A stretch of 64,000 nucleotides of DNA from Callorhinchus milii (GCF_018977255.1 NW_024704742.1:18788001-18852000); one strand, 5' to 3'. Positions 50,229 through 63,509 are shown, counted from the stretch's first letter. Notes: generated from the sequence alone by a model not told the origin. Numbers and translations are program-made.

Positions 50229-50345
50229 TTAGCCTCCTGTTTTCCCTTTGCACACACAGTTACATTCCTCATGGTGCTCCAGTGCTACGTCTGCCAGAGA
50301 TTTGTGCAGTCGTCTCCCAGGGCTTCTGTATCGCAGCTGAAGAAC
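50229..50345 (-). CDS. PDGFC: Platelet-derived growth factor C, terminal coding exon (absent from the ORF track in this frame)
   Basis: Acceptor ttttttttgcag, then VLQLRYRSPGRRLHKSLADVALEHHEECNCVCKGKTGG*. 117 nt, phase 0. Matches the human end VLQLRPKTGVRGLHKSLTDVALEHHEECDCVCRGSTGG. Confidence 0.97.
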   Translation of the reverse strand, partial: VLQLRYRSPGRRLHKSLADVALEHHEECNCVCKGKTGG

Positions 50346-50703
50346 CTGCAAAAAAAAGACAAATAAAGACAGAGCGTTAAACAAAAATACAATAGAAGTG
50401 GATGAGGCCCTAATTCAGTCATAATCAGATTTTCTTCATGCACTTTAAATCTTCCATTGCTAACAGACATCTAAATAAAAGAAGTATGATATGCCTGGAT
50501 TGCACTGATAACCAGCATGGAATCTTTTGTCACCATTGATTTGTTTTTTCTTGCCATTGATTTATTTTTTCTTAGAAAAGATAAAAGCGGCCCTGAAATC
50601 AACATGATACCATCTGTATCAGTATACAGTGTCTCACTTGACACTGAAAACAGCCATGGTAGGTGCTCCACTGAAGTGAAGATGGGATATTCACAAAGTG
50701 AAG

Positions 50704-50874
50704 GTCACTGTGCTAACAGTGTCTTGTGGTTTAGAGTCACTGTGCTAACAGTGTCTTGTGGTTTAGAGTCACTGTGCTAACAGTGTCTTGTGGTTTAGAG
50801 TCACTGTGCTAACAGAGTCTTGTGGTTTAGAGTCACTGTGCTAACAGTGTCTTGTGGTTTAGAGTCACTGTGCT
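50704..50874. repeat. 32-bp minisatellite, 5.3 copies, in the last PDGFC intron
   Basis: Unit GTCACTGTGCTAACAGTGTCTTGTGGTTTAGA starts at 50704, 50736, 50768, 50800 and 50832, with a partial at 50864. One substitution, in copy 4. Confidence 0.97.
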
Positions 50875-52865
50875 CCACAAAGATAATTCTATATATGTTA
50901 ATAAGCCTTGCATTTGATAATAGTGCATTATCGCATCAAACAAAATGTCTCAGTGTTTCATAGTGTATTGTGTAGTGACTGTGTTTTAACAAATATGTCC
51001 CGAAACAGCCATGTTTGCCCAATTTTATGTGGGGTTTGTTGGCCAGGACACCAGGAGAACCTCTCTTCTGTTAACAATCTGTTCAGTGGGATGAACATGA
51101 ACACATTCCTCAGCACTATCATTATTATATGTAATATGATCGACTGATACAAATGTAATAAAAGGAGATACACTTGTGATACACTTTTCATAACTGGTGA
51201 TCTTAATTGAACATGACACTCTTGCTGTTTCAGCGCTTGTATTTTATTTTGTCAGAGCAACAGTGGGGAAATTAAATTGTTTCACCCAGGGATACAGCGG
51301 CTTTTCTCGAGGTCATTATACTGATGTGATTCATGTAGAGAACATGTTGACATGAGTTAAAAACTAGTACATTTAGTGAATTTATCGCAGTGAATAATAA
51401 AAACATATTATAAATAAAATGACATGAATGTTGTGAAATTAAATTAGATATTTAAAAATCATATACTCATATATTGATATAAGATTATCTGAAATCAGGC
51501 AAACAGGATGGACCTTGGTCTTCTTTCACCTAGCAATTATTATGTTCTTAGTTTCTTAATTACTTCAAAGGGCTTTAAATCGCAGCCTTTGTTGATGCAA
51601 AAAGATGGGAGTTGGAAACAAATTGAAATGAGAATGCGAAGTAGAATTGTTCCAGTCAGGGATAAACCTGAATTGTGCCGGTCAGGAATAACAGTTAAGA
51701 CTTCATTTTTATTTTCAACTTTAATGAATGAAACCAACTGAAATGGGGCAACACATCTTTGAGAAATCCATTCAGCCTTATTATTTCCCCACTCGATTGA
51801 CTGCTTGACAGCTGAGAGAATTCACCTGTTGTGATAGGAATTCATCTTGATGTGGGGAGTTTAGCACACCTTCCTGAGTTCTTAGGACTTGCTGACCACT
51901 CTGTACACTATTTTTATGAACCTGACGTGAAACACATTCAACTTTAGTTACGATTACAAGTAAATTCAGTTGTAGCACGGTTGCATTACAGCACAGTCGG
52001 CTGTGTTCAACATCTGAGGCCCTGCGTGAGAAGTGAGGGGTGAGAAATGGCTGATGTCTGGGTCATCAAGCCACTGCTGATTGTCACTTCCTCTCCACTA
52101 CATGTATGTGCAAGAAGTGTCTCTAATGTCATTTCCTGCACACTGTGCACATGTCCTATGCGCGTGAAGTGATGTCAGCGGGGCTTCCTGCGCAAGAACT
52201 GACTTCACACAACAACCTGGTAACTCAGAAAGCCATTTATTAGCACAGGAAGCCGGCATATCAGTGCCAGAAGCCGGGCATAACCTACTTCCAGTTAGCA
52301 GGGTTAACAGTAGACTTGCACTATGAGCAAGCCATAGCAAGGACGGAGCTATAGCAAGGTTTCCCTGTTATTAGAAGAGTTATTTTGTATGTTGAAGTTC
52401 CCTTTGAGGTGGAGACTTAAACTACACTCTTGTGAATTTGAGAAACATGGTTATTGTTATTCTGCAGTCTTCTGACAATTCATACCACTTGGTGATCATC
52501 AATCATGTTCAGAAACACCAAACTTTTGTCTGGTACCCTCCTCGAATACAGGCACAATTTCAAATTGATATGATCCAGCTTAAAGTTGCGACAGCATGTG
52601 ACATCTGATCTTTTCTAAACTTCCAATAGTTAATCATCAGTTTGATGCTGACATCCACAAGCTTAATTCTGTCATGCACAATATCTAAGTTAAGAGAAAA
52701 TGGCCCATTACTTCTTCATTTTTACAGGCAGTAAAATCTAAAGAAGGATGACATTATCTTTACTCTTCCCGGTGGAGAGCAAGTTAGCTTTATTGTGCTG
52801 CATTAGTTGAAGGCTATTGTAATCCAGTTTTATTAAAATAAAGGATTTGCTGAGTTCTTAAGTAC

Positions 52866-53080
52866 CTCGTAGTATTTTTTTGAGACTTTGACGGGGACGC
52901 ACTGACAGTCCAGGCAGCTGAGGGAGCAGCAAGCACAGTTTCCTCCGCAGCGCTTCACCAGAAGGCAACCAGGCCAGTAGAGGGTGTCAGTCCGTTTGAG
53001 CTCCTCTCTCAGGGACACCGACAGATTGCGTGGCGTGCAGCTGTACAGCTTCACCTCCTCTTTCAGCAAGTTCAGATCCA
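52866..53080 (-). CDS. PDGFC: Platelet-derived growth factor C, penultimate coding exon (PDGF/VEGF cystine-knot core)
   Basis: Acceptor ttttgtgacgcag and donor GAG|gtactt; 215 nt, phase 1 to phase 0. Encodes (V)DLNLLKEEVKLYSCTPRNLSVSLREELKRTDTLYWPGCLLVKRCGGNCACCSLSCLDCQCVPVKVSKKYYE. WPGCLLVKRCGGNCACC is PDGF-C-like, whereas PDGF-D has FPRCLLVQRCGGNCGC. Confidence 0.98.
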
Positions 53081-54457
53081 CTGCGTCACAAAACCAGAAA
53101 CAGGCCACCGTAAACATTCTTCTTTCTCAACAGTTTCAACAGTGAATGCAACAGTAGTAAGAACACACAAGAATTTCGAAGAATATATGATACTCTACGT
53201 CTTAATCCGTTACTTAAATCAATCTGCAGCCAAAAAATCTATCCAGTTCCTTTATACATTTTCTGATACTTGTGTTGGAAAGTACTTGAATGGCATAACA
53301 GCTGGGAAAAGCGCCAATGGTGCAAACTTCATTTGCTGCAGAGAAATATATATAACATATATAAGTGTAACACATATATTATATCTATATGTTATACATC
53401 TCTCCAACACATGAAACCTGCGCTCTAAGGGCATTTCAGCTCTGTGAAGGTTTTGCAAGTCAGAGTGACGTATTCTCCTTAAATAAAATGCAGTTTATAT
53501 TTTTGATACATTTCTGTCATTTACAACAATCAAGACTTTTTCAACCCTTCTCCATGGCCTCCATTGTTTCCTTGAACAGCAAGTTTGATTCATTTCCTTC
53601 AGTTTGTTTTATCTGCTGGATTGCTTTTGTCAATGGTCCACATATGCTGCTCTCCAACTTCCCGCTTGTCAAAAGCTCGGCACACCTCACACTTTCACCC
53701 AAGGTTCAAGCAGCATAAATTCAAGCCTGACATTTTTATATAAATTTATTCTGGGCAAATATTTTTCTAACTTTCTGCACATTGGCAAATGCTTTCCTGC
53801 TTCTGGTCTGGCTAACTCCTCTTGCTGAGGTGCAGTTCCACAGATGCTTTTTGGCAGTCCCCTGCCCAAGTAGACATTGTTCATGCTTGAGCCTTGACAG
53901 TGAGTGTTGGCAGGTCATATGATGTTGGGAGCATCACAACCGAGCCCGACCCCTCTCCACCCAAAAGTATAACCAGTAGAGGGTGCTGTAGAGAAAACCC
54001 CAGATGGTTTCCCTACCCTAACCCAGGGGAAGACGGAGCCAATTTTGCCTGCCCATGCAGGTTCAATTTAGACTTGCACTTGAAAGACTCAGCAGTTTCT
54101 ACACGCAATGCTGCTGTTTCACCCACAGTCAATTCACTTTACAATATACTCTTGAAGGGTTTTGAGACGTCTCAATGACGGATAAAGTCCTGTATCAAAT
54201 GCAAGGAATATTATTATTATTCAACACATCTGACTGCAGAACCTTGACTCAAATGACAAAAAAACTAACTTGTCTAGTACTGTAATTTTCAGTAAAAACA
54301 AGCAAGCTAATGTGATTTGGGATTGTGCCTATAAATGTATCCCTTCTTTATGTAAGAATATAAAAAAGTAACAAGTAAACAAGGCATTCAGTCCAAGAAG
54401 CCTATATGCCAACAGGTTTGACAGGCTTTGATGTGTGCATAGAACATTGTGGCAACG

Positions 54458-54640
54458 TTCAAGGCATGTCTCAAAACATACCTCTTTGACCGCGCTTCCA
54501 GTCATCTTCCCCCCTCCCCGTCTTTGGCTCCCACCTCCAGCTCAGAGGCCCATGCAGCATTGTCAAGTGCATTGAGACATCCTCCCAAAATTAAAGGTGC
54601 TATATAAATGTAGATTGCATTGTATTTGCATTGTTTTGTA
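54458..54640 (+). mobile_element. L2 3' end
   Basis: ctcaaaacatacctctttgaccgcgc, a C-rich tract, then gagacatcctccc...aaaggtgctatataaatg. Confidence 0.8.
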
Positions 54641-55667
54641 TAGAAGAAGCAATTGTATTATGTGGACTCTTCCCGTTACATAAAGTAACTCCCACATAGA
54701 GCATCACCTAGAATAATCATGTGTAAAATTGAAAAATAAATCATTAACAAATTGACTTAACCTCTTTGGGCCTCTTTGAATACCCACCTTTGTAATATAT
54801 TTAACAACTTCACATTTCTAAAAAGTCGAGGAACATAATAGTTCTGCTTTGGATATTTTTTATCTAAGTTTATATACACATTGAAAAGCGAGGTTCCAAG
54901 CACTAGAGACATACCCAAACTGATATCTTTTCAACTCATATAATGGCCATTTAAATTACCCTCGGTAATTCCATCCTTCGAGTGAGATGTTAAGGTCCTG
55001 TGGAGGAGCTAGCACTAACTTGGGCTCATTGGGTCAAATGGTCTTCTACTGTGCTGTGCTGCAAAAATATTTACGAACCATATCAAGACAATTTTCCTTT
55101 CAGTTCATTATTCCTCCCCTTCCACTACAAATCCTCATTTCACTCTGCCGTGTCTATCAGCCTGCCATGTGGAACTTTGTCAAAAGCAGCATAGGAATAT
55201 AATGCATTTAAATTACACTTGGTGATTCCAGAAAAATAAATTTAGTTAAAAATACAATAGGTAAAAATGATCATTGCCACACAGAATTTTTGTATCTAGT
55301 TGTACTAATGAAAATGCCTCTTTAATACCCTAAGCACTTTACTCCATTATTTGTAATGAACTGCATCATCCACCTATTATTCTGACTCAAGGAGAATGTG
55401 GTAACTAGTGAATTCAATGAAAGAGATAATCTGAATGATCGGAAAAAAATTCCCTCACACCACAGCCAATCTACCGTGATTCTACTGCATTTCCCATTTA
55501 ACTACTTGAAGAAAATAAAAAAGTTATGTCAATCTTAGATAAATTTCAATATTTCAGGTGTTTTTCATTTTGAAATCCAATGTACTTATTAATGTTCATT
55601 TCATGCAATTCACAATGTAGAATTAACAGTTTGCAAACCTCATTTGAGTACTCTCATAATATAATAA

Positions 55668-55800
55668 CTCTGGAACTCTCTCCCTCAATTCCGCTGCCTT
55701 GCCCCCTCCCTCCCCATTTTCAAATCCCATCTAAAGACCTTCCTTTTTGATCGTGTTTATAGTCACTTCCCCCCTCCCTCTTCCCCTGGCTCGGGGTCAG
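55668..55800 (+). mobile_element. L2 3' fragment
   Basis: ctctggaactctctccctcaa...aagaccttcctttttgatcgtg. Confidence 0.8.
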
Positions 55801-58774
55801 ACTCTGGGAGTGCGGTGGGGGGCTGCTGACTCCGCGCTGATAGTGCTACCAACTGAGCCAGATTCACAGTTCATATCATTAACTTAAGCACATTTAAATA
55901 AAAAAATACCATAGGGGTCTCTAATGTGCAACTAAAACAACAACTTGAACTTGTATAGATGGTGAGGAGCACTGAGCAGAGATGGAAAGTAGAGGACTTG
56001 ACGAATGTTGCCCAAAAGTAGCCAAAGAAAGATTATAAAAATATTTTGAAGGTAGAGAGAGATGACAGTCAATGGCATTTTGGAAGAGGGCACCAGAGAA
56101 CGAGGACATAATGGTAGAAGGTTTTGGGGAGAAAATGGCATAACCAAGTGATATTGTCTTGGTGTCAGGTCTAGGGCTTGAGGCAGAGCTAGGGTTCAAA
56201 CATTAGTCATCATTTTTTAATGGAAAATGTATCGGTGATCAGCATGTTCTAGACTTAAGTTCCTAGGTCATTTTAAGTGCTATGTTGTGTCTGCCCGATG
56301 CACCTGATTTCCATTTATCTGCACATAGGAAGCATCTCTTAGTTGGGTGGTGGACAGAGTGGTGTGTCTGTGACAACTACTTCCCTCAATCACTGCTAGG
56401 AGAGAAAATGATCATTTGAATTCTTAACGTGCTTGAGTTTTGAACAACCCCATCGCTTGGCAAACAAAGGTGGAGCGAACAAAACGATTTCATTTGTAAA
56501 GAAAATCACATTTAGACACTAACTGTTAACTTCATATAGCTTTCCATTGACGGCTGTAAAGTGTAATCTTGACAAACTGTTCGTGACATGTTGGAACAGC
56601 CTAAACATGTTACATAAGGTACATAAAAGGTACAGTTACATAAAAGTCAGGCCTCTCTCCAAGCATTTGTACTGGGTGATTCTGAGGAGTTTACACCAGC
56701 TCCAATGCCAGTTATTTTCCTTCCAATTGCAATATTCATCAAGTAAAACAACTGGCCTGTTGTTCCCACAGGTAGTAAAGGTTTTATTGCTTTATTGAGA
56801 ATCAAGGTGAAGGGCCAAGGCCTTAAGTGTACTGTCACGGTTGAAAAATAGTCACAGAGAGAAAAGGTAAGTCAAGAAAAATAGGTAGCATGGCTTTTGA
56901 ACAGTTGCAGGAAGAAAAGAAGACTGAGGGAGCTAAAGAGATCTGTTATTTGAGGTTCTGTGAAAGAAAGAGCAGGAGGTAGTATGAAGAGCCTGATTTC
57001 AACACTATGATGATTACAGAGAGATCGCACACCACACAATGTATTTCAAGCTTGAGACAAATGAGAACATTTGGAAAGGCGTAACTGTAGTCATAGCGAT
57101 CAAAATAGAGAAATTATATAAGGAATGGAAGCGAGAATAACAATTACACCCAATGTCTAATATTCATCAAATATTGATTTTCCTCTCCCATTATTTATTG
57201 CTCCAGTCTGAGATTAATAATAAATAATGATACCGAAACACCACTTTGGGAGTGGAGTCCATTAAAATGTCCTGAAGGATTTCACATCATGGAATATATC
57301 ATAAACTGATTACTAAATGTAGAGATCCTATTATTATACCTTTACGACAGGAAACTCCATTATATAGGTGTAAGGAAAAGATTGATCAGTGTATGATCAA
57401 CCTCAATAAGTTCAATTGAAGTACAGTGACTATTGCTACATGGGTAAATGCAACATCTCTCTCATCTGTGCTGGCAAAATTGCTACTAACTAGTTTATTC
57501 ATTCACTGTTCCAACAAATTTGTCTTTCACCTTGTGGCTGTTTGTGGGACATTACTATGTGCAAATTCACTGCCACTTTTGTCACCAAAAAGCACAGTCA
57601 CTATCCTTTACAGAAATCTCTGTGAAACACCTTGAGATATTTTGACATGATCAAGCACTATATCAAAAGAATGGATTATTAATATTGAATATTCTCTGAT
57701 ATTAGTTCCCACATCTAAACCCACAAGAACATATTGTTTGACCCACTAAAAGAACAACAACAAATTGCATTTATATAGGGTATTTCATGTCAGGATGACA
57801 ACCCAAGGTGCTGGACTAAAGCTTGTCCTTTGTACACACTAAGCAAATCCCATTTTATCGTGGATACTGCCATTCAATCTATCTTCTGGAGGAAAGTGTT
57901 GCACACAGACTCGTCTTGCCAAAGATAAAACTTGAAAACATTGACCCACTTCAATTATGGCCTGCTGTTCCCACAGACAAGATTCTTCCCCAACCTGAAA
58001 AGCTGAAAAATTTCTCAGTCTGCATCAGTGCCTGGAGCCTCCAAAATTATTATCAACTAGATACCTATCTTCTGAAGGAGCTAACCTCCACAGCGTTAAT
58101 TGCTTTGTTTAAGAGTCTGCAGCCAGATCCTAGTTGTCAGACATTAGATTGCACGAGACATGTATGTAAAATTCCTTGCTTCACGGGTCCCTATCATTGT
58201 ACAGGTCAATGAGACCTGGTGAATTAGTGTGCACTGCATTAAGATGTATAACAGGTCATCCTCAAATATATGTAAATGGTCATAATGCAGTGCAGAGTTC
58301 TCCAGCTCTTTAAGTGCTCAGGGACGCTACCCTGTGTGGAGGGCGCTATATAAATGCAAGTTGTTGTTGTTTCGTTCATGTACGATAAGTGTATATTCAG
58401 TGAGCAAGGTGCAGTTCAGCAGATGTCCACATTGAAGTGTTCAAGTCAAAGTTTGAGAGTAGAGAGAATGGGCAACCATGCTGAACAGATAGGGAATCGG
58501 GCCACTGACCTCTGTACATCTAACAGGGGACATGGACAGACTCTCTGTTCTACTGGACCCCAGTACAAGTTCATACCACAAGTGGAAAAGAAATTTAAAC
58601 AGATTTAAATGCAATAATTTCCAAATTACCTCACAATGACTCTTTTCCAGCTGTTGAGAACTGTCAAATTAATGAAGGAAAACATTTGTCCTGACTTCCA
58701 AAACGAGAGCATGCATATACTGGGAGATCAGAGGACACATTCCTCCTCTGTGTATATGAAGTATATGTATATGC

Positions 58775-59731
58775 AGTCAACTCCACGACCACCGATGTCC
58801 TGACAGCTGCCTGTCTGCCATCGAGTCCTGGACGAGAGACAACTTTCTTTAGCTCAACGTGCGCAAAACTGAGGCCCTCCTGATTGGCTCACGTCAGCGC
58901 CTCCACACCTCAGGCGCCGACACCATCAGCATCCAAGGCTGCACTCTCCACCTCTCAAAGCCAGTCAGGTACCTCGGGGTTCTGTTCGACCCTGAGCTGT
59001 CCTTTCTTCCCCACATCCGCGCCACAACTGGCACCGCCTTCCATCACCTCCGGAACATCGCCAGACTATGGCACTACCTCACCCCTCACGCTGCTGAATC
59101 ACTGGTCCACGCCTTTATCACCTCAAGGCTGGACTATGGGAACTCTCTCCTCGCCGGCCTTCCCGGCACCTCCCTCCACAAGCTGTAGGTCATTCAGAAC
59201 TCTGCAGCTCATGTACTGTCCCGCACCAGGCTTCGGGACCACATCACTCCTACCCTCGCTCGCCTCCACTGGCTCCCCATCCCCCAGAGGATCAAATTCA
59301 AGATCCTCATCCTCACCTACAAGGCCATTCATGGCCTCACTCCCTCCTCCTACCTCTCCGACCTACTATCCCCCTACTTACCTGCCCATACCCTCCGTTC
59401 CTCCGGCTCCGCTCTGCTCCACATCCCCCGCCCTAACCGCCCTACCATCGGTGGCCGGGCCTTCAGCCTCTCAGCCCGTATGCTCTGGAACTCCATCCCC
59501 CAGTGCCTTCGCCTTGCTTCCTCCCTTTCCTCCTTCAAGGCCGGTCTCAAAACCTTTCTCTTCAACCGTGCCTTGAGCTCCCCTCTCGACTCTCTACGCC
59601 ATCCTCGCTCCCTCCCTACCCTCCCCTCATCCTGACCATTTCCCCCTGCTCGGGTCCCGACCCAACTATCCAGCGCCTTGGGACGTCCTCCCAACGTGAA
59701 AGGCGCTTTATAAATGAAATCTTGTTGTTGT
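58775..59731 (+). mobile_element. L2 3' ~950 bp, relatively young, antisense to PDGFC
   Basis: Translates to KTEALLIGSRQRL...LGVLFDPELSF...LVHAFITSRLDYGNSLLAGLP; in-frame TAG at 59186-59188; tail ccttgggacgtcctcccaacgtgaaaggcgc plus (TTG)n. Confidence 0.95.
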
Positions 59732-60409
59732 GGTTGAAGTGCCATTTTTTTTAAAATGACGGGACAGCTTTTGTAAGATGAGCTCCAAATGTATCCAAAA
59801 GCGTGATTTTGATTTTTGGTTTCTAAAAACTCAAGTTTGACTAACTTTGTATTCCGAGCAAAAGTCTGTGGAGTATTAATTTAATACTAGATGTAGTATC
59901 AGCTTGTTGTGAGCCTTTGCCAATTTCTGCAACAAATCATAGGGGGGAGGGGAGAATTTTTGTGTGACATTTCATTCCGGATAGGATGTAATTATCTGTT
60001 ATGAAATGGTGGGTTATCAATCAGAATGTCCACTCGCTTTCAGCATCTCAACACCCAAATCATACTCTTTTGGCTAACTACGGGCTCTTCTGACACAAAT
60101 TGGCTCATTGCTTTTCAATGGGAAGATCCATCATTTCATATCAGGTCTGAACAGAATCTATGCACGGCAGAAGCCATTGAAAATTGTTCAGCTGCCATCT
60201 TTGATATATGCCAACTTAAAGCCAGAGAAAAATAATATACTTTTTTACAAACCCAGAGGCAATGTCTGAATGTTGCTTTCCAAGACATTGGTTGAATGTA
60301 AGCTCCTTGGGATGTCTTCCCAAGGTGAAAGGGGCTAGACAAATGTAAATTGTATTGTATTGAATTAACCTGTTTCTCTTATTCTCGATAAACATCTATT
60401 TATATTGCA

Positions 60410-60620
60410 TCTTTCTCATTGGGAGCATGTCACAAAGTGTTTGAAATGCTGAATGAGCTGGGTGTGGGAGCCAAGGGGATTGGAGAGAGGAAAGATGACC
60501 GAAAGCACGATCAACAAGGTATGTTTTGAGCTATGCCTTGAACAAGGGGAGGTAGGGAACGAGTCAGAGGGATGATCAAAGGCAGCATTGCCGAATAGCA
60601 GACACACAGAGTTCTAAGGG
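60410..60620 (-). mobile_element. Degraded L2 3' end
   Basis: The reverse of aggtatgttttgagctatgccttgaa corresponds to the FKA.LKTYL segment. Confidence 0.6.
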
Positions 60621-62273
60621 CCCAAACATTGCTCCTAAGCTGTCACAAATTTCTATCACAAAGCAAAAGATCCACCACTTTTTCAGATTAGCAAAGTAGA
60701 TTGTCACAAAGGTTTAAATGAACAGAGCAAACGGCTGCCCCAATGTCTGGGTTCTGTGGTGGGATGGAAAACAGAGGTGCGATCCAGTGCTTCGAGAAGT
60801 CAATGTGGAATCAAAGCTCAGTCGTGGGCAGGAGTCAGCTCTGAAAAATGTCTGACAATTACATCCGAAGAAGAAAAGTTTATTGTGCCATATTAAATGC
60901 CCCTTTGATAAAATTTACATTTGCAAATGGGATTGGAGCCAGGAGTTTATATTTGATTGGATGAAGCAGCAGCAGGCCTGGATGATGTAGCACTCTTTGT
61001 TTAAGTGGTCGAGCCCCAGACTGTTTGACAGCAAAATTTCCAGGCTCTGGCAAGTGTTCACACTTATCAAATTGGTAGTAACAGCAAGGATAATCTGTAC
61101 TGCACGTCCTTACAGCAAAATGCAATTTCTGTACCCCAATACAGTGTTGTACACTTACATGAGTCATTCAAGGAATGCTGTCAAAATGTGTTTCAAAATA
61201 CTCTTCCCCACCCACGTTTGAAGAATGGTAGCGCCCCAACTCATGTTTTCAGCTATAAGAACAAGTTTTCCACAAACTAAACCAAATGGTAACTGTCAAG
61301 CACAGTATCTTATGTGCTGAAAAAAACAATTCTATACTGGAGACAGTCCACAAGAGGCCTTTTGAATTATTTAAACTTCAGTTTTAAATGCCAGAGATTT
61401 GCCTATTGCCAAACTCTGACTGCATGACTGCATGTAGCCTGTATGGAAGGAGTGACACTCCATCTTAGATTGCATCTCCTCCACTCTGCAAACCCATCTT
61501 TCTCCCTCTCTCTCAGATAATCTGTGATGAATCAGCAGATATACTGGTAACCTGACACAAGTCAATTGTTTTCATTCAGAGCTTTGTACTTGTAAAATTG
61601 ATCTTAGATTTTAACAGTGGTTATGTATATGTTCTTAAAGGGACCAAGTTCCAAACTACAGTGCAGTACCTAATAATGGATTGAATATCTAAATCCCTTT
61701 CTAGAATATGGGAATTGTAGAAATAAAAAAAGAAACTCAGCTGTCATATGTTTCTGTCTCTTTTTACAATACATTCACATTCTACAGCCAGAATAAGGAA
61801 GGGCCTTGGTTATTACACAAAGTGATAACCTCAAACTTTGGTCAGCCCGAGGACCCTAATTTAAGCATTGACTTTACACACTCAAACACTATTGCCAATA
61901 ATAGATCAGACTTCTATACCATGGGATCCTTTTGAAAATGTGTCTGGTACTCTTTCAAATGATATTTGAATTTCAGTCGAAGAATGTGAGACTGTCGTGG
62001 GAATTAACAGACAGTTTATCAAAATAACATGATCTAAATAGTTGGTAAGTGAGCAATAATTACCAATAGAGTGTTGCATTCTAAATACATAATTTAAGCC
62101 TCAAAAGTAAAGCTGTGCAAGGCCTTAAATGGACCACACACCATCACCGTGGCTACATTATAGCGTATACAAGCTCTATTATGGTAATAGGGGATTTCAA
62201 TCTAATTAAAGCATTTGACTATCTATTAATTCTCTATTCTCTATTCCAGATTAAAATCTTTGCTCTACATGCT

Positions 62274-62622
62274 GAAGTCCTATAATGTAGTGCTTCACTT
62301 GGAAGCGAGAAGACCAGGGTTCAATTCCCAGGTGGGGCAAAACTTTAGGTAAGTTTCCTTACTCCACACATCTCTGTTTACCTAACAATAAGGAGGAACT
62401 CAGTTGTTAGTCGATTGATGGACTGCTTTCTAGTGGTTATACTCCCTCCAAAAAAATGTGGTCACTCAATCCACAACTGTTTGTGGGCACTACTGTGCAC
62501 AATTGGCTACCAGGTTTCGTCTACAAAATACACAGTCAATTCACTTCACAATATATTCTGTGAAGAGCTTTGACACATCTCAACAACGTGATAAGGTCTC
62601 TATATCAAATGCAAGGATTATT
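62274..62622 (+). mobile_element. tRNA-Ala-derived SINE, long form
   Basis: gaagtcc head, gggttcaattccc B-box, long-form block and tail. Confidence 0.88.
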
Positions 62623-62694
62623 GTCATTATGCTAGCCCTATTAATGCTCAATGATTACTCAATTAGACCACTTAGCTTCAATAACTGTATTCCA

Positions 62695-63400
62695 ACTACA
62701 ACAACAACTTGCATGTATATAGTGCCCTTTACATGGGCAGCATCTTGGAGGACTTAACAGTAGCTGAACTGATGAGAAAGGGGAGGTGACCAAAGGCATA
62801 CTCAAAGAAAAGCGTCTTCAGGTATGATTAAACAATTGAGTACAAGCAAAGAGGGCTAAGGTGGAAGAAATGAGGCAGGGAGTTCCAGGTAGTTGAGGCA
62901 TAGTGGCTGAAAGCACAGCTGCTGGTGGAGCACAGGGGACGAGGTACTTGCAGAAGACCAGAACCAGCTGAGTAAGGGGGTCGGGTATAGGAATGCGATA
63001 TAAGCAGGTCATGTAAGGAAGTGCCAATGCATGACGTGATTTGTAGGTGAATACGAAGATCTTGGAATTGCTCTGTTTGTGTGACAGAGAGCTAGCTGAG
63101 CTTGGCAAGGACTGGGGGTGTGGAGTTTGGTACAGGTGAGGATACAGGTGGTGAAGTTTTGAATCAGTTGGGCATATTGAATGGTGGACTGGGGAGACTG
63201 GTGAGGAGGGGATTGAAGAAGTAGATGGGAGGTGCTGAAAACGTGGATGAGGTTTCAGTAGTGTTGAGTTTGAGATACAGTTGGAGGCGGGCTATGTGGC
63301 GGAAGTGGAGGAATGCTGTCTTGATCAGGGACCTGATCTGGGGTAAGATGGGACAACTGGGGAGTGAACCTGATATTTAGTTGTACACAGGTCCGGGGAG
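62695..63400 (-). mobile_element. Older L2 3' fragment
   Basis: (CAA)n tail; translates to SKIFVFTYKSRHALALPYMTCL. Confidence 0.8.
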
Positions 63401-63509
63401 TCTCAGAGTAGGCCAAGGACGTTAAAGCGTTAAACAATTAAGTTCAACCAACCCAGTTTATCCCAAAGTTCTTAGACTTATCACAATTAGAGCTCAATAG
63501 GATATGGAT

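Noticed and set aside
50704..50874. 32-bp direct repeats of CRISPR-like length
   Set aside because: The units are head-to-tail with no spacers, there are no cas genes, and the context is a vertebrate intron.
53081..53117. Apparent start MFTVACFWFCDA of the 52833-53117 ORF and its tail VLKNSANPLF
   Set aside because: Intronic read-through on both sides of a spliced exon. The leader includes the polypyrimidine tract and the CAG acceptor.
58060..58135. Minus-strand peptide LLNKAINAV resembling the PDGF-C hinge LLNNAITAF
   Set aside because: The frame hits a stop within a few codons, lacks the downstream LEDL/WQ/RKSR motifs, and has no convincing splice sites. Probably chance.
58884..59576. Longest ORF in the track (230 aa, Ser/Pro/Thr-rich) and similar ORFs at 8154-8525, 8735-9187 and 228-569
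   Set aside because: These are alternative or antisense frames of C-rich L2 sequence, not genes.
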